The notes below the pieces were generated by a model. The model saw nothing but the letters and a program-made list of their open reading frames with translations, was not told the DNA's origin and searched no databases. Below are positions 49,540 through 62,809 of a DNA stretch of 64,000 nt, in pieces. Origin of the DNA: Eledone cirrhosa (taxonomy: Eukaryota). The translations under genes and the position numbers were made by a program. Numbering within the stretch: position 1 is the stretch's first letter; every line of letters starts with the position of its first letter. The stretch covers positions 140,864,001 through 140,928,000 of the forward strand of contig OZ024743.1 in assembly GCA_964016885.1 (NCBI GenBank), read 5' to 3'.

Positions 49540-52500
49540 TGGTGCTTAGTGCTTGGTGTTTGGTGTTTGGTGTTAGGTGTTTGGTGCTTGGTGGTTGGTG
49601 TTTGGTGTTTGGTGCTTGGTGTTTGGTGCTTGGTGTTTGGTGTTAGGTGTTTGGTGCTTGGTGTTTGGTGTTTGGTGCTTGGTGTTTGGTGCTTGGTGTT
49701 TGGTGCTTGATGTTTGGTGCTTGATACTTGGTGCTTGGTGCTTCGTGCTAGGTGTTTGGTGCTTGGTGCTTGGTGTTTGGTTTTTGGTGCTTGGTGTTTG
49801 GTGCTTGGTGCTGGGTGCTTGGTGTTTGATGCTTGGTGATTGGTGCTTGGTGTTTTGTGCTTGGTGTTAGGTGTTTGGTGCTTGGTGCTTGGTGTTTGGT
49901 TTTTGGTGCTTGGTGCTAGGTGCTTGGTGTTTGGTGCTTGGTGCTTGGTGCTTGGTGTTTGGTGTTTGGTTTTAGGTGCTTGGTGCTTGGTGTTTGGTGC
50001 TTGGTGCTGGGTGGTTGGTGTTTAGTGCTTGGTGTTTGGTGCTGGGTGCTTGGTGTTTGGTGCTTGGTGCTTGGTCTTTGGTGCTTGGTGTTTGGTGTTT
50101 GGTGCTTGGTGCTTGGTGCTTGGTGTTTGGTGCTTGGTGCTTGGTGTTTGGTGCTTGGTGCTTACTGTTTGGTGCTTGGTGCTTAGTGTTTGGTGTTTGG
50201 TGCTTGGTGCTTGGTGTTTGGTGCTTAGTGTTTGGTGCTTGGTGCTTGGTGTTTGGTGTTTGCTGTTTGCTGTTTGGTGTTTGTTGTTTGGTGTTTGTTG
50301 TTTGGTGTTTGCTGTTTGGTGTTTGGTGTTTGCTTTTTGGTGTTTGGTGTTTGCTGTATGTTGTTTGGTGTTTGGTGTTTGGTGTTTGGTGTTTGGTGCT
50401 TGTTGCTTGGTGTTTGGTGCTTGGTGCTTGGTGTTTGGTGCCTGGTGCTTGGTGCTTGGTGCTTGGTGTTTGGTGTTTGGTGCTTGGTGCTTGGAGTTTG
50501 GTGTTTGGTGCTTGGTGCTTGGTGTTTCGTGTTTCGTGTTTGGTTTTTGGTGCTTGGTGCTTGGTGCTTGGTCCTTGGTGTTTGGTGCTGGGTGCATTGT
50601 GTTTGGTGCTTGGTGCTTGGTGCTTGGTGTTTGGTGTTTGCTGCTTGGTGTTTGATGCTTGGTGCTTGGTGGTTGGTGTTTTGTGTTTGGTGCTTGGTGC
50701 TTGGTGTTTGGTGCTTGGTGCTTGGTGCTTGGTGTTTGGTTCTTGGTTCTTGGTGTTTGGTGTTTGGCGTTTGGTGTTTGGTGGTTGGTGCTTGGTGTTT
50801 GGTGCTTGGTGCTTGGTGTTTGGTGCCTGGTGCTTGGTGCTTGGTGCTTGGTGTTTGGTGTTTGGTGCTTGGTGCTTGGTGCTTGGAGTTTGGTGTTTGG
50901 TGCTTGGTGCTTTGTGTTTTGTGTTTGGTGTTTGGTTTTTGGTGCTTGGTGCTTGGTCATTGGTGTTTGGTGCTGGGTGCTTTGTGTTTTGTGCTTGGTG
51001 CTTGGTGTTTGGTGTTTGCTGCTTGGTGTTTGATGCTTGGTGCTTGGTGCTTGGTGTTTTGTGTTTGGTGCTTGGTTCTTGGTGTTTGGTGCTTGGTGCT
51101 TGGTACTTGGTGTTTGTACTTGGTGCTTGGTGCTTGGTGTTTGGTTCTTGGTTCTTGGTGCTTGGTACTTGGTGCTTGGTGCTTGGTGTTAGGTGTTTGG
51201 TGCTTGGTGCTTGGTGTTTGGTTTTTGGTGCTTGGTGCTTGGTGTTTGGTGTTTGGTGCTTGCTGCTGGCTGCTTGGTGTTTGATGCTTGGTGATTGGTG
51301 CTTGGTGTTTTGTGCTTGGTGTTTGGTGTTTGGTGCTAGGTGCTTGGTGTTTGGTGCTTGGTGCTTGGTGCTTGGTGTTTGGTGTTTGGTGTTAGGTGCT
51401 TGATGCTTGGTGTTTGGTGCTTGGTGCTGGGTGGTTGGTGTTTAGTGCTTGGTGTTTGGTGCTGGGTGCTTGGTGTTTGGTGCTTGGTGCTTGGTCTTTG
51501 GTGCTTGGTGTTTGGTGCTTGGTGTTTGGTGCTTGGTGCTTGGTGCTTAGTGCTTGGTGTTTGGTGTTTGGTGTTAGGTGTTTGGTGCTTGGTGGTTGGT
51601 GTTTGGTGTTTGGTGCTTGGTGTTTGGTGCTTGGTGTTTGGTGTTAGGTGTTTGGTGCTTGGTGTTTGGTGTTTGGTGCTTGGTGTTTGGTGCTTGGTGT
51701 TTGGTGCTTGATGTTTGGTGCTTGATACTTGGTGCTTGGTGCTTCGTGCTAGGTGTTTGGTGCTTGGTGCTTGGTGTTTGGTTTTTGGTGCTTGGTGCTT
51801 GGTATTTGGTGTTTGGTGCTTGCTGCTGGCTGCTTGGTGTTTGATGCTTGGTGATTGGTGCTTGGTGTTTTGTGCTTGGTGTTAGGTGTTTGGTGCTTGG
51901 TGCTTGGTGTTTGGTTTTTGGTGCTTGGTGCTAGGTGCTTGGTGTTTGGTGCTTGGTGCTTGGTGCTTGGTGTTTGGTGTTTGGTTTTAGGTGCTTGGTG
52001 CTTGGTGTTTGGTGCTTGGTGCTGGGTGGTTGGTGTTTAGTGCTTGGTGTTTGGTGCTGGGTGCTTGGTGTTTGGTGCTTGGTGCTTGGTCTTTGGTGCT
52101 TGGTGTTTGGTGTTTGGTGCTTGGTGCTTGGTGCTTGGTGTTTGGTGCTTGGTGCTTGGTGTTTGGTGCTTGGTGCTTAGTGTTTGGTGCTTGGTGCTTA
52201 GTGTTTGGTGTTTGGTGCTTGGTGCTTGGTGTTTGGTGCTTAGTGTTTGGTGCTTGGTGCTTGGTGTTTGGTGTTTGCTGTTTGCTGTTTGGTGTTTGTT
52301 GTTTGGTGTTTGTTGTTTGGTGTTTGCTGTTTGGTGTTTGGTGTTTGCTTTTTGGTGTTTGGTGTTTGCTGTATGTTGTTTGGTGTTTGGTGTTTGGTGT
52401 TTGGTGTTTGGTGCTTGTTGCTTGGTGTTTGGTGCTTGGTGCTTGGTGTTTGGTGCCTGGTGCTTGGTGCTTGGTGCTTGGTGTTTGGTGTTTGGTGCTT

Positions 52501-53380
52501 GGTGCTTGGAGTTTGGTGTTTGGTGCTTGGTGCTTGGTGTTTCGTGTTTCGTGTTTGGTTTTTGGTGCTTGGTGCTTGGTGCTTGGTCCTTGGTGTTTGG
52601 TGCTGGGTGCATTGTGTTTGATGCTTGGTGCTTGGTGCTTGGTGTTTGGTGTTTGCTGCTCGGTGTTTGATGCTTGGTGCTTGGTGGTTGGTGTTTTGTG
52701 TTTGGTGCTTGGTGCTTGGTGTTTGGTGCTTGGTGCTTGGTGCTTGGTGTTTGGTTCTTGGTTCTTGGTGTTTGGTGTTTGGCGTTTGGTGTTTGGTGGT
52801 TGGTGCTTGGTGTTTGGTGCTTGGTGCTTGGTGTTTGGTGCCTGGTGCTTGGTGCTTGGTGCTTGGTGTTTGGTGTTTGGTGCTTGGTGCTTGGTGCTTG
52901 GAGTTTGGTGTTTGGTGCTTGGTGCTTTGTGTTTTGTGTTTGGTGTTTGGTTTTTGGTGCTTGGTGCTTGGTCATTGGTGTTTGGTGCTGGGTGCTTTGT
53001 GTTTTGTGCTTGGTGCTTGGTGTTTGGTGTTTGCTGCTTGGTGTTTGATGCTTGGTGCTTGGTGCTTGGTGTTTTGTGTTTGGTGCTTGGTTCTTGGTGT
53101 TTGGTGCTTGGTGCTTGGTACTTGGTGTTTGTACTTGGTGCTTGGTGCTTGGTGCTTGGTACTTGGTGCTTGGTGCTTGGTGTTAGGTGTTTGGTGCTTG
53201 GTGCTTGGTGTTTGGTTTTTGGTGCTTGGTGCTTGGTGTTTGGTGTTTGGTGCTTGCTGCTGGCTGCTTGGTGTTTGATGCTTGGTGATTGGTGCTTGGT
53301 GTTTTGTGCTTGGTGTTTGGTGTTTGGTGCTAGGTGCTTGGTGTTTGGTGCTTGGTGCTTGGTGCTTGGTGTTTGGTGTT
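49540..53380 (+). repeat. Domain C HOR, about 2.0 kb tandem duplication
   Basis: ORF pairs 49577/51578 (2001), 49976/51991 and 50022/52037 (2015), 51340/53334 (1994). Markers CTTCGTGCTAGG, GGTTTTAGG and GGTCATTGG are shared. Confidence 0.85.
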
Positions 53381-53384
53381 TGGT

Positions 53385-56300
53385 GTTAGGTGCTTGATGC
53401 TTGGTGTTTGGTGCTTGGTGCTGGGTGGTTGGTGTTTAGTGCTTGGTGTTTGGTGCTGGGTGCTTGGTGTTTGGTGCTTGGTGCTTGGTCTTTGGTGCTT
53501 GGTGTTTGGTGTTTGGTGCTTGGTGCTTGGTGCTTGGTGTTTGGTGCTTGGTGCTTGGTGTTTGGTGCTTGGTGCTTAGTGTTTGGTGCTTGGTGCTTAG
53601 TGTTTAGTGCTAGGTGCTTGGTGTTTGGTGTTTGGTGTTTGGTGCTTGGTGCTTGGTGTTTGGTGTTTGCTGTTTGCTGTTTGGTGTTTGTTGTTTGGTG
53701 TTTGTTGTTTGGTGTTTGCTGTTTGGTGCTTGGTGTTTGCTTTTTGGTGTTTGGTGTTTGCTGTATGTTGTTTGCTGTTTGGTGTTTGGTGTTTGGTGTT
53801 TGGTGCTTGGTGCTTGGTGTTTGGTGCTTGGTGCTTGGTGTTTGGTGCCTGGTGCTTGGTGCTTGGTGCTTGGTGTTTTGTGTTTGGTGCTTGGTGCTTG
53901 GAGTTTGGTGTTTGGTGCTTGGTGCTTGGTGTTTCGTGTTTCGTGTTTGGTTTTTGGTGCTTGGTGCTTGGTGCTTGGTCCTTGGTGTTTGGTGCTGGGT
54001 GCATTGTGTTTGGTGCTTGGTGCTTAGTGCTTGGTGTTTGGTGTTTGCTGCTTGGTGTTTGATGCTTGGTGCTTGGTGCTTGGTGTTTTGTGTTTGGTGC
54101 TTGGTGCTTGGTGTTTGGTGCTTGGTGCTTGGTGCTTGGTGTTTGTACTTGGTGCTTGGTGTTTGGTTCTTGGTTCTTGGTGTTTGGTGTTTGGCGTTTG
54201 GTGTTTGGTGCTTGGTGCTTGGTGTTTGGTGCTTGGTGCTTGGTGTTTGGTGCCTGGTGCTTGGTACTTGGTGCTTGGTGTTTGGTGTTTGGTGCTTGGT
54301 GCTTGGTGCTTGGAGTTTGGTGTTTGGTGCTTGGTGCTTTGTGTTTTGTGTTTGGTGTTTGGTTTTTGGTGCTTGGTGCTTGGTCCTTGGTGTTTGGTGC
54401 TGGGTGTTTGTGTTTGGTGCTTGGTGCTTGGTGTTTGGTGTTTGCTGCTTGGTGTTTGATGCTTGGTGCTTGGTGCTTGGTGTTTTGTGTTTGGTGCTTG
54501 GTGTTTGTACTTGGTGCTTGGTGCTTGGTGTTTGGTTCTTGGTTCTTGGTGTTTGGTACTTGGTGCTTGGTGCTTGATGTTTGGTGTTTGGTGCTTGGTG
54601 TTTGGTGCTTGGTGCTTGGTGCTTGGTGTTAGGTGTTTGGTGCTTGGTCCTTGGTGTTTGGTGCTTGGTGTTTGGTGTTTGCTGTTTGGTGTTTGGTGTT
54701 TGGTGTTTGCTGTTTGGTGTCTGCTTTTTGGTGTTCAGTGTTTGCTGTATGGTGTTTGGTGTTTGCTGTTTGGTGTTTGGTCTTTGGTGCTTGGTGTTTG
54801 GTGCTTGGTGCTTGGTGTTTGGTGTTTGGTGTTTGGTGCTTGGTGTTTGGTGTTTGGTGCTTGGTGCTTGGTGTTTGGTGCTTGGTGTCTGGTGCTTGGT
54901 GTTTGGTTTTTGGTGCTTGGTGTTTGGTGTTTGGTGTTTGGTGTTTGGTGTTTAGTGCTTGGTGCTTGGTGTTTGGTGTTTCGTGTTTGGTGCTTGGTGT
55001 CTGGTGCTTGGTGTTTGGTGTTTGGTGTTTGGTGTTTGGTGTTTGGTGTTTGGTGCTTGGTGCTTGGTGCGTGGTGTTTGGTGTTTGGTGCTTGGTGTTT
55101 GGTGCTTGGTGCTGGGTGGTTGGTGTTTGGTGCTTGGTGTTTGGTGTTTGGTGTTTGATGCTTGGTGCTTGGTGTTTGGTGATTGGTGCTTGGTGCTTGG
55201 TGCTTGGTGCTTGGTGTTTGGTGCTTGGTGCTTGGTGTTTGGTGCTTGGTGCTTGGTGTTTGGTTTTTGGTGCTTGGTGTTTGGTGTTTGGTGTTTGGTG
55301 CTTGCTGCTGGCTGCTTGGTGTTTGATGCATGGTGATTTGTGCTTGGTGATTGGTGTTTGTACTTGGTGCTTGGTGCTTGGTTCTTGGTGCTTGGTGCTT
55401 GGTGCTTGGTGTTTGGTGTCATATGCTTGGTGTTTGATGCTTGGTGCTTGGTGCTTGGTGTTTGGTGTTTGGTGTTTGATGCTTGGTGCTTGGTGTTTGG
55501 TGCTTGGTGCTTGGTGTTTGTACTTGGTGCTTGGTGCTTGGTGCTTGGTGTTTGGTGCTTGGTGTTTGGTGCTTGGTGCTTGGTGCTTGGTCCTTGGTGC
55601 TTGGTGTTTGGTGGTTGGTGTTTGGTGGTTGGTGTTAGGTGTTTGGTGCTTGGTGCTTGGTGTTTGGTGTTTGGTGCTTGGTGTTTGGTGTTTGGTGTTA
55701 GGTGCTTGATGCTTGGTGTTTGGTGCTTGGTGCTGGGTGGTTGGTGTTTAGTGCTTGGTGTTTGGTGCTGGGTGCTTGGTGTTTGGTGCTTGGTGCTTGG
55801 TCTTTGGTGCTTGGTGTTTGGTGTTTGGTGCTTGGTGCTTGGTGCTTGGTGTTTGGTGCTTGGTGCTTGGTGTTTGGTGCTTGGTGCTTAGTGTTTGGTG
55901 CTTGGTGCTTAGTGTTTAGTGCTAGGTGCTTGGTGTTTGGTGTTTGGTGTTTGGTGCTTGGTGCTTGGTGTTTGGTGTTTGCTGTTTGCTGTTTGGTGTT
56001 TGTTGTTTGGTGTTTGTTGTTTGGTGTTTGCTGTTTGGTGCTTGGTGTTTGCTTTTTGGTGTTTGGTGTTTGCTGTATGTTGTTTGCTGTTTGGTGTTTG
56101 GTGTTTGGTGTTTGGTGCTTGGTGCTTGGTGTTTGGTGCTTGGTGCTTGGTGTTTGGTGCCTGGTGCTTGGTGCTTGGTGCTTGGTGTTTTGTGTTTGGT
56201 GCTTGGTGCTTGGAGTTTGGTGTTTGGTGCTTGGTGCTTGGTGTTTCGTGTTTCGTGTTTGGTTTTTGGTGCTTGGTGCTTGGTGCTTGGTCCTTGGTGT

Positions 56301-58008
56301 TTGGTGCTGGGTGCATTGTGTTTGGTGCTTGGTGCTTAGTGCTTGGTGTTTGGTGTTTGCTGCTTGGTGTTTGATGCTTGGTGCTTGGTGCTTGGTGTTT
56401 TGTGTTTGGTGCTTGGTGCTTGGTGTTTGGTGCTTGGTGCTTGGTGCTTGGTGTTTGTACTTGGTGCTTGGTGTTTGGTTCTTGGTTCTTGGTGTTTGGT
56501 GTTTGGCGTTTGGTGTTTGGTGCTTGGTGCTTGGTGTTTGGTGCTTGGTGCTTGGTGTTTGGTGCCTGGTGCTTGGTACTTGGTGCTTGGTGTTTGGTGT
56601 TTGGTGCTTGGTGCTTGGTGCTTGGAGTTTGGTGTTTGGTGCTTGGTGCTTTGTGTTTTGTGTTTGGTGTTTGGTTTTTGGTGCTTGGTGCTTGGTCCTT
56701 GGTGTTTGGTGCTGGGTGTTTGTGTTTGGTGCTTGGTGCTTGGTGTTTGGTGTTTGCTGCTTGGTGTTTGATGCTTGGTGCTTGGTGCTTGGTGTTTTGT
56801 GTTTGGTGCTTGGTGTTTGTACTTGGTGCTTGGTGCTTGGTGTTTGGTTCTTGGTTCTTGGTGTTTGGTACTTGGTGCTTGGTGCTTGATGTTTGGTGTT
56901 TGGTGCTTGGTGTTTGGTGCTTGGTGCTTGGTGCTTGGTGTTAGGTGTTTGGTGCTTGGTCCTTGGTGTTTGGTGCTTGGTGTTTGGTGTTTGCTGTTTG
57001 GTGTTTGGTGTTTGGTGTTTGCTGTTTGGTGTCTGCTTTTTGGTGTTCAGTGTTTGCTGTATGGTGTTTGGTGTTTGCTGTTTGGTGTTTGGTCTTTGGT
57101 GCTTGGTGTTTGGTGCTTGGTGCTTGGTGTTTGGTGTTTGGTGTTTGGTGCTTGGTGTTTGGTGTTTGGTGCTTGGTGCTTGGTGTTTGGTGCTTGGTGT
57201 CTGGTGCTTGGTGTTTGGTTTTTGGTGCTTGGTGTTTGGTGTTTGGTGTTTGGTGTTTGGTGTTTAGTGCTTGGTGCTTGGTGTTTGGTGTTTCGTGTTT
57301 GGTGCTTGGTGTCTGGTGCTTGGTGTTTGGTGTTTGGTGTTTGGTGTTTGGTGTTTGGTGTTTGGTGCTTGGTGCTTGGTGCGTGGTGTTTGGTGTTTGG
57401 TGCTTGGTGTTTGGTGCTTGGTGCTGGGTGGTTGGTGTTTGGTGCTTGGTGTTTGGTGTTTGGTGTTTGATGCTTGGTGCTTGGTGTTTGGTGATTGGTG
57501 CTTGGTGCTTGGTGCTTGGTGCTTGGTGTTTGGTGCTTGGTGCTTGGTGTTTGGTGCTTGGTGCTTGGTGTTTGGTTTTTGGTGCTTGGTGTTTGGTGTT
57601 TGGTGTTTGGTGCTTGCTGCTGGCTGCTTGGTGTTTGATGCATGGTGATTTGTGCTTGGTGATTGGTGTTTGTACTTGGTGCTTGGTGCTTGGTTCTTGG
57701 TGCTTGGTGCTTGGTGCTTGGTGTTTGGTGTCATATGCTTGGTGTTTGATGCTTGGTGCTTGGTGCTTGGTGTTTGGTGTTTGGTGTTTGATGCTTGGTG
57801 CTTGGTGTTTGGTGCTTGGTGCTTGGTGTTTGTACTTGGTGCTTGGTGCTTGGTGCTTGGTGTTTGGTGCTTGGTGTTTGGTGCTTGGTGCTTGGTGCTT
57901 GGTCCTTGGTGCTTGGTGTTTGGTGGTTGGTGTTTGGTGGTTGGTGTTAGGTGTTTGGTGCTTGGTGCTTGGTGTTTGGTGTTTGGTGCTTGGTGTTTGG
58001 TGTTTGGT
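53385..58008 (+). repeat. Near-identical 2312-bp tandem duplication (about 53385-55696 and about 55697-58008)
   Basis: Identical translated ORFs at 53390/55702, 54031/56343, 54463/56775 and 54735/57047, all offset by 2312. Markers GTTCAGTG, GGTGCGTGG and GTGTCATATG appear in both copies. Confidence 0.9.
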
Positions 58009-61000
58009 GCTTGGTGTTTGGTGCTTGGTACTTGGTGCTTGGTGCTTGGTGTTAGGTGTTTGGTGCTTGGTGTTTGGTGCTTGGTGTTTGGTGCTTGGTG
58101 CTTGGTGCTTGGTGCTTGGTGTTTGGTGGTTGGTGTTTGGTGCTTGGTGTTTGGTGCTTGGTGTTACGTGTTTGGTGCTTGGTGCTTGGTGTTTGGTGTT
58201 TGGTGCTTGGTGTTTGGTGTTTGGTGCTTGGTGTTTGGTGCTTTTTGCTTGGTGCTTGGTGCTTGGTGTTTGGTGCTGGGTGCTTGGTGCTTGGTGTTTG
58301 GTGTTATATGCTTGGTGTTTGATGCTTGGTGCTTGGTGCTTGGTGTTTGGTGTTTGGTGCTTGGTGTTTGATGCTTGGTGCTTGGTGCTTGGTGTTTGGT
58401 GCTTGGTGCTTGGTGTTTGGTGCTTGGTGCTTGGTGTTTGGTGCTTGGTGTTTGGTGCTTGGTGTTAGGTGTTTGGTGCTTGGTGCTTGGTGTTTGGTGT
58501 TTGGTGCTTGGTGTTTGGTGTTTGGTGCTTGGTGTTTGGTGCTTGGTACTTGGTGCTTGGTGCTTGGTGTTAGGTGTTTGGTGCTTGGTGTTTGGTGCTT
58601 GGTGTTTGGTGGTTGGTGTTTGGTGCTTGGTGTTAGGTGTTTGGTGCTTGGTGCTTGGTGTTTGGTGTTTGGTGCTTGGTGTTTGGTGTTTGGTGCTTGG
58701 TGTTTGGTGCTTTTTGCTTGGTGCTTGGTGCTTGGTGTTTGGTGCTTGGTTCTTGGTGTTTGGTGCTGGGTGCTTGGTGTTTGGTGTTTGGTGTTATATG
58801 CTTGGTGTTTGATGCTTGGTGCTTGGTGCTTGGTGTTTGGTGTTTGGTGCTTGGTGTTTGATGCTTGGTGCTTGGTGCTTGGTGTTTGGTGGTTGGTGCT
58901 TGGTGCTTGGTGTTTGGTGCTTGGTGTTTGGTGCTTGGTGTTTGGTGCTTGGTGCTTGGTGCTTGGTGTTTGGTGGTTGGTGCTTGGTGCTTGGTGTTAG
59001 GTGTTTGGTGCTTGGTGCTTGGTGTTTGGTGTTTGGTGCTTGGTGTTTGGTGTTTGGTGTTTGGTGTTTGGTGCTTGGTACTTGGTGCTTGGTGCTTGGT
59101 GTTAGGTGTTTGGTGCTTGGTGTTTGGTGTCTGGTTTTTGGTGTTTGGTGCTTGGTGATTGGTGCTTGGTGTTTGGTGCTTGGTGTTTGGTGTTTGGTGC
59201 TAGGTGCTTGGTGTTTGGTGCTTGGTGCTTGGTGTTTGTACTTGGTGCTTGGTGCTTGGTTCTTGGTGTTTGGTGCTTGGTGCTTGGTGTTTGTACTTGG
59301 TGCTTGGTGCTTGGTGTTTGGTTCTTGGTTCTTGGTGTTTGGTACTTGGTGCTTGGTGCTTGATGTTTGGTGTTTGGTGCTTGGTGTTTGGTGCTTGGTG
59401 CTTGGTGCTTGGTGTTAGGTGTTTGGTGCTTGGTCCTTGGTGTTTGGTGCTTGGTGTTTGGTGTTTGCTGTTTGGTGTTTGGTGTTTGGTGTTTGCTGTT
59501 TGGTGTCTGCTTTTTGGTGTTCAGTGTTTGGTGTATGGTGTTTGGTGTTTGCTGTTTGGTGTTTGGTGTTTGGTGCTTGGTGTTTGGTGCTTGGTGCTTG
59601 GTGTTTGGTGTTTGGTGTTTGGTGCTTGGTGTTTGGTGTTTGGTGCTTGGTGTTTGGTGTTTGGTGCTTGGTGTCTGGTGCTTGGTGTTTGGTTTTTGGT
59701 GCTTGGTGTTTGGTGTTTGGTGTTTGGTGTTTGGTGTTTAGTGCTTGGTGCTTGGTGTTTGGTGTTTCGTGTTTGGTGCTTGGTGTCTGGTGCTTGGTGT
59801 TTGGTGTTTGGTGTTTGGTGATTGGTGTTTGGTGTTTGGTGCTTGGTGCTTGGTGCGTGGTGTTTGGTGTTTGGTGCTTGGTGTTTGGTGCTTGGTGCTG
59901 GGTGGTTGGTGTTTGGTGCTTGGTGTTTGGTGTTTGGTGTTTGATGCTTGGTGCTTGGTGTTTGGTGATTGGTGCTTGGTGCTTGGTGCTTGGTGCTTGG
60001 TGTTTGGTGCTTGGTGCTTGGTGTTTGGTGCTTGGTGCTTGGTGTTTGGTTTTTGGTGCTTGGTGTTTGGTGTTTGGTGTTTGGTGCTTGCTGCTGGCTG
60101 CTTGGTGTTTGATGCATGGTGATTTGTGCTTGGTGATTGGTGTTTGTACTTGGTGCTTGGTGCTTGGTTCTTGGTGTTTGGTGCTTGGTGCTTGGTGTTT
60201 GGTGTTATATGCTTGGTGTTTGATGCTTGGTGCTTGGTGCTTGGTGTTTGGTGTTTGGTGTTTGATGCTTGGTGCTTGGTGTTTGGTGCTTGGTGCTTGG
60301 TGTTTGGTGCTTGGTGTTTGGTGCTTGGTGTTTGGTGCTTGGTGCTTGGTGTTTGGTGCTTGGTGTTTGGTGCTTGGTGCTTGGTGCTTGGTCCTTGGTG
60401 CTTGGTGTTTGGTGGTTGGTGTTTGGTGGTTGGTGTTAGGTGTTTGGTGCTTGGTGCTTGGTGTTTGGTGTTTGGTGCTTGGTGTTTGGTGTTTGGTGCT
60501 TGGTGTTTGGTGCTTGGTACTTGGTGCTTGGTGCTTGGTGTTAGGTGTTTGGTGCTTGGTGTTTGGTGCTTGGTGTTTGGTGCTTGGTGCTTGGTGCTTG
60601 GTGCTTGGTGTTTGGTGGTTGGTGTTTGGTGCTTGGTGTTTGGTGCTTGGTGTTACGTGTTTGGTGCTTGGTGCTTGGTGTTTGGTGTTTGGTGCTTGGT
60701 GTTAGGTGTTTGGTGCTTGGTGTTTGGTGCTTTTTGCTTGGTGCTTGGTGCTTGGTGTTTGGTGCTGGGTGCTTGGTGCTTGATGTTTGGTGTTATATGC
60801 TTGGTGTTTGATGCTTGGTGCTTGGTGCTTGGTGTTTGGTGTTTGGTGCTTGGTGTTTGATGCTTGGTGCTTGGTGCTTGGTGTTTGGTGCTTGGTGCTT
60901 GGTGTTTGGTGCTTGGTGCTTGGTGTTTGGTGCTTGGTGTTTGGTGCTTGGTGTTAGGTGTTTGGTGCTTGGTGCTTGGTGTTTGGTGTTTGGTGCTTGG

Positions 61001-61800
61001 TGTTTGGTGTTTGGTGCTTGGTGTTTGGTGCTTGGTACTTGGTGCTTGGTGCTTGGTGTTAGGTGTTTGGTGCTTGGTGTTTCGTGCTTGGTGTTTGGTG
61101 GTTGGTGTTTGGTGCTTGGTGTTAGGTGTTTGGTGCTTGGTGCTTGGTGTTTGGTGTTTGGTGCTTGGTGTTTGGTGTTTGGTGCTTGGTGTTTGGTGCT
61201 TTTTGCTTGGTGCTTGGTGCTTGGTGTTTGGTGCTTGGTTCTTGGTGTTTGGTGCTGGGTGCTTGGTGTTTGGTGTTTGGTGTTATATGCTTGGTGTTTG
61301 ATGCTTGGTGCTTGGTGCTTGGTGTTTGGTGTTTGGTGCTTGGTGTTTGATGCTTGGTGCTTGGTGCTTGGTGTTTGGTGCTTGGTGCTTGGTGCTTGGT
61401 GTTTGGTGCTTGGTGTTTGGTGCTTGGTGTTTGGTGCTTGGTGCTTGGTGCTTGGTGTTTGGTGGTTGGTGCTTGGTGCTTGGTGTTAGGTGTTTGGTGC
61501 TTGGTGCTTGGTGTTTGGTGTTTGGTGCTTGGTGTTTGGTGTTTGGTGTTTGGTGTTTGGTGCTTGGTACTTGGTGCGTGGTGCTTGGTGTTAGGTGTTT
61601 GGTGCTTGGTGTTTGGTGTCTGGTTTTTGGTGTTTGGTGCTTGGTGATTGGTGCTTGGTGTTTGGTGCTTGGTGTTTGGTGTTTGGTGCTAGGTGCTTGG
61701 TGTTTGGTGCTTGGTGCTTGGTGTTTGTACTTGGTGCTTGGTGCTTGGTTCTTGGTGTTTGGTGCTTGGTGCTTGGTGTTTGGTGCTTGGTGCTTGGTGT
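56945..61800 (+). repeat. HOR of about 2.47-2.49 kb bridging domains C and D
   Basis: ORF pairs 56945/59419 (2474), and 58056/60545 and 58326/60815 (2489). Marker GTTACGTG at about 58163, 60652 and again 63792. Confidence 0.8.
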
Positions 61801-62809
61801 TTGGTGCTTGGTGTTTGGTGCTTGGTGTTGGTGCTTGGTGCTTGGTGCTTGGTGTTTGGTGCTTGGTGTTTGGTGCTTGGTGTTAGGTGTTTGGTGCTTG
61901 GTGCTTGGTGTTAGGTGTTTGGTGCTTGGTATTTGGTGCTTGGTGTTTGGTGCTTGGTGCTTGGTGCTTGGTGTTTGGTGGTTGGTGTTTGGTGCTTGGT
62001 GTTAGGTGTTTGGTGCTTGGTGCTTGGTGTTTGGTGTTTGGTGCTTGGTGTTTGGTGTTTGGTGCTTGGTATTTGGTGCTTTTTGCTTGGTGCTTGGTGC
62101 TTGGTGTTTGGTGCTTGGTTCTTGGTGTTTGGTGCTGGGTGCTTGGTGTTTGGTGTTTGGTGTTATATGCTTGGTGTTTGATGCTTGGTGCTTGGTGCTT
62201 GGTGTTTGGTGTTTGGTGCTTGGTGTTTGGTGCTTGGTGCTTGGTGTTTGGTGCTTGGTGCTTGGTGCTTGGTGTTTGGTGCTTGGTGCTTGGTGTTAGG
62301 TGTTTGGTGCTTGGTGCTTGGTGTTTGGTGTTTGGTGCTTGGTGTTTGGTGTTTGGTGTTTGGTGTTTGGTGCTTGGTACTTGGTGCTTGGTGCTTGGTG
62401 TTAGGTGTTTGGTGCTTGGTGTTTGGTGTCTGGTTTTTGGTGCTTGGTGCTTGGTGTTTGGTGCTTGCTGCTGGCTGCTTGGTGTTTGGTGCTTGGTGAT
62501 TGGTGCTTGGTGTTTGGTGCTTGGTGTTTGGTGTTTGGTGCTAGGTGCTTGGTGTTTGGTGCTTGGTGCTTGGTGTTTGTACTTGGTGCTTGGTTCTTGG
62601 TGTTTGGTGCTTGGTGCTTGGTGTTTGGTGCTTGGTGCTTGGTGTTTGGTGCTTGGTGTTTGGTGCTTGGTGTTTGGTGCTTGGTGCTTGGTGCTTGGTG
62701 TTTGGTGCTTGGTGTTTGGTGCTTGGTGTTAGGTGTTTGGTGCTTGGTGCTTGGTGTTAGGTGTTTGGTGCTTGGTGTTTGGTGCTTGGTGTTTGGTGCT
62801 TGGTGCTTG

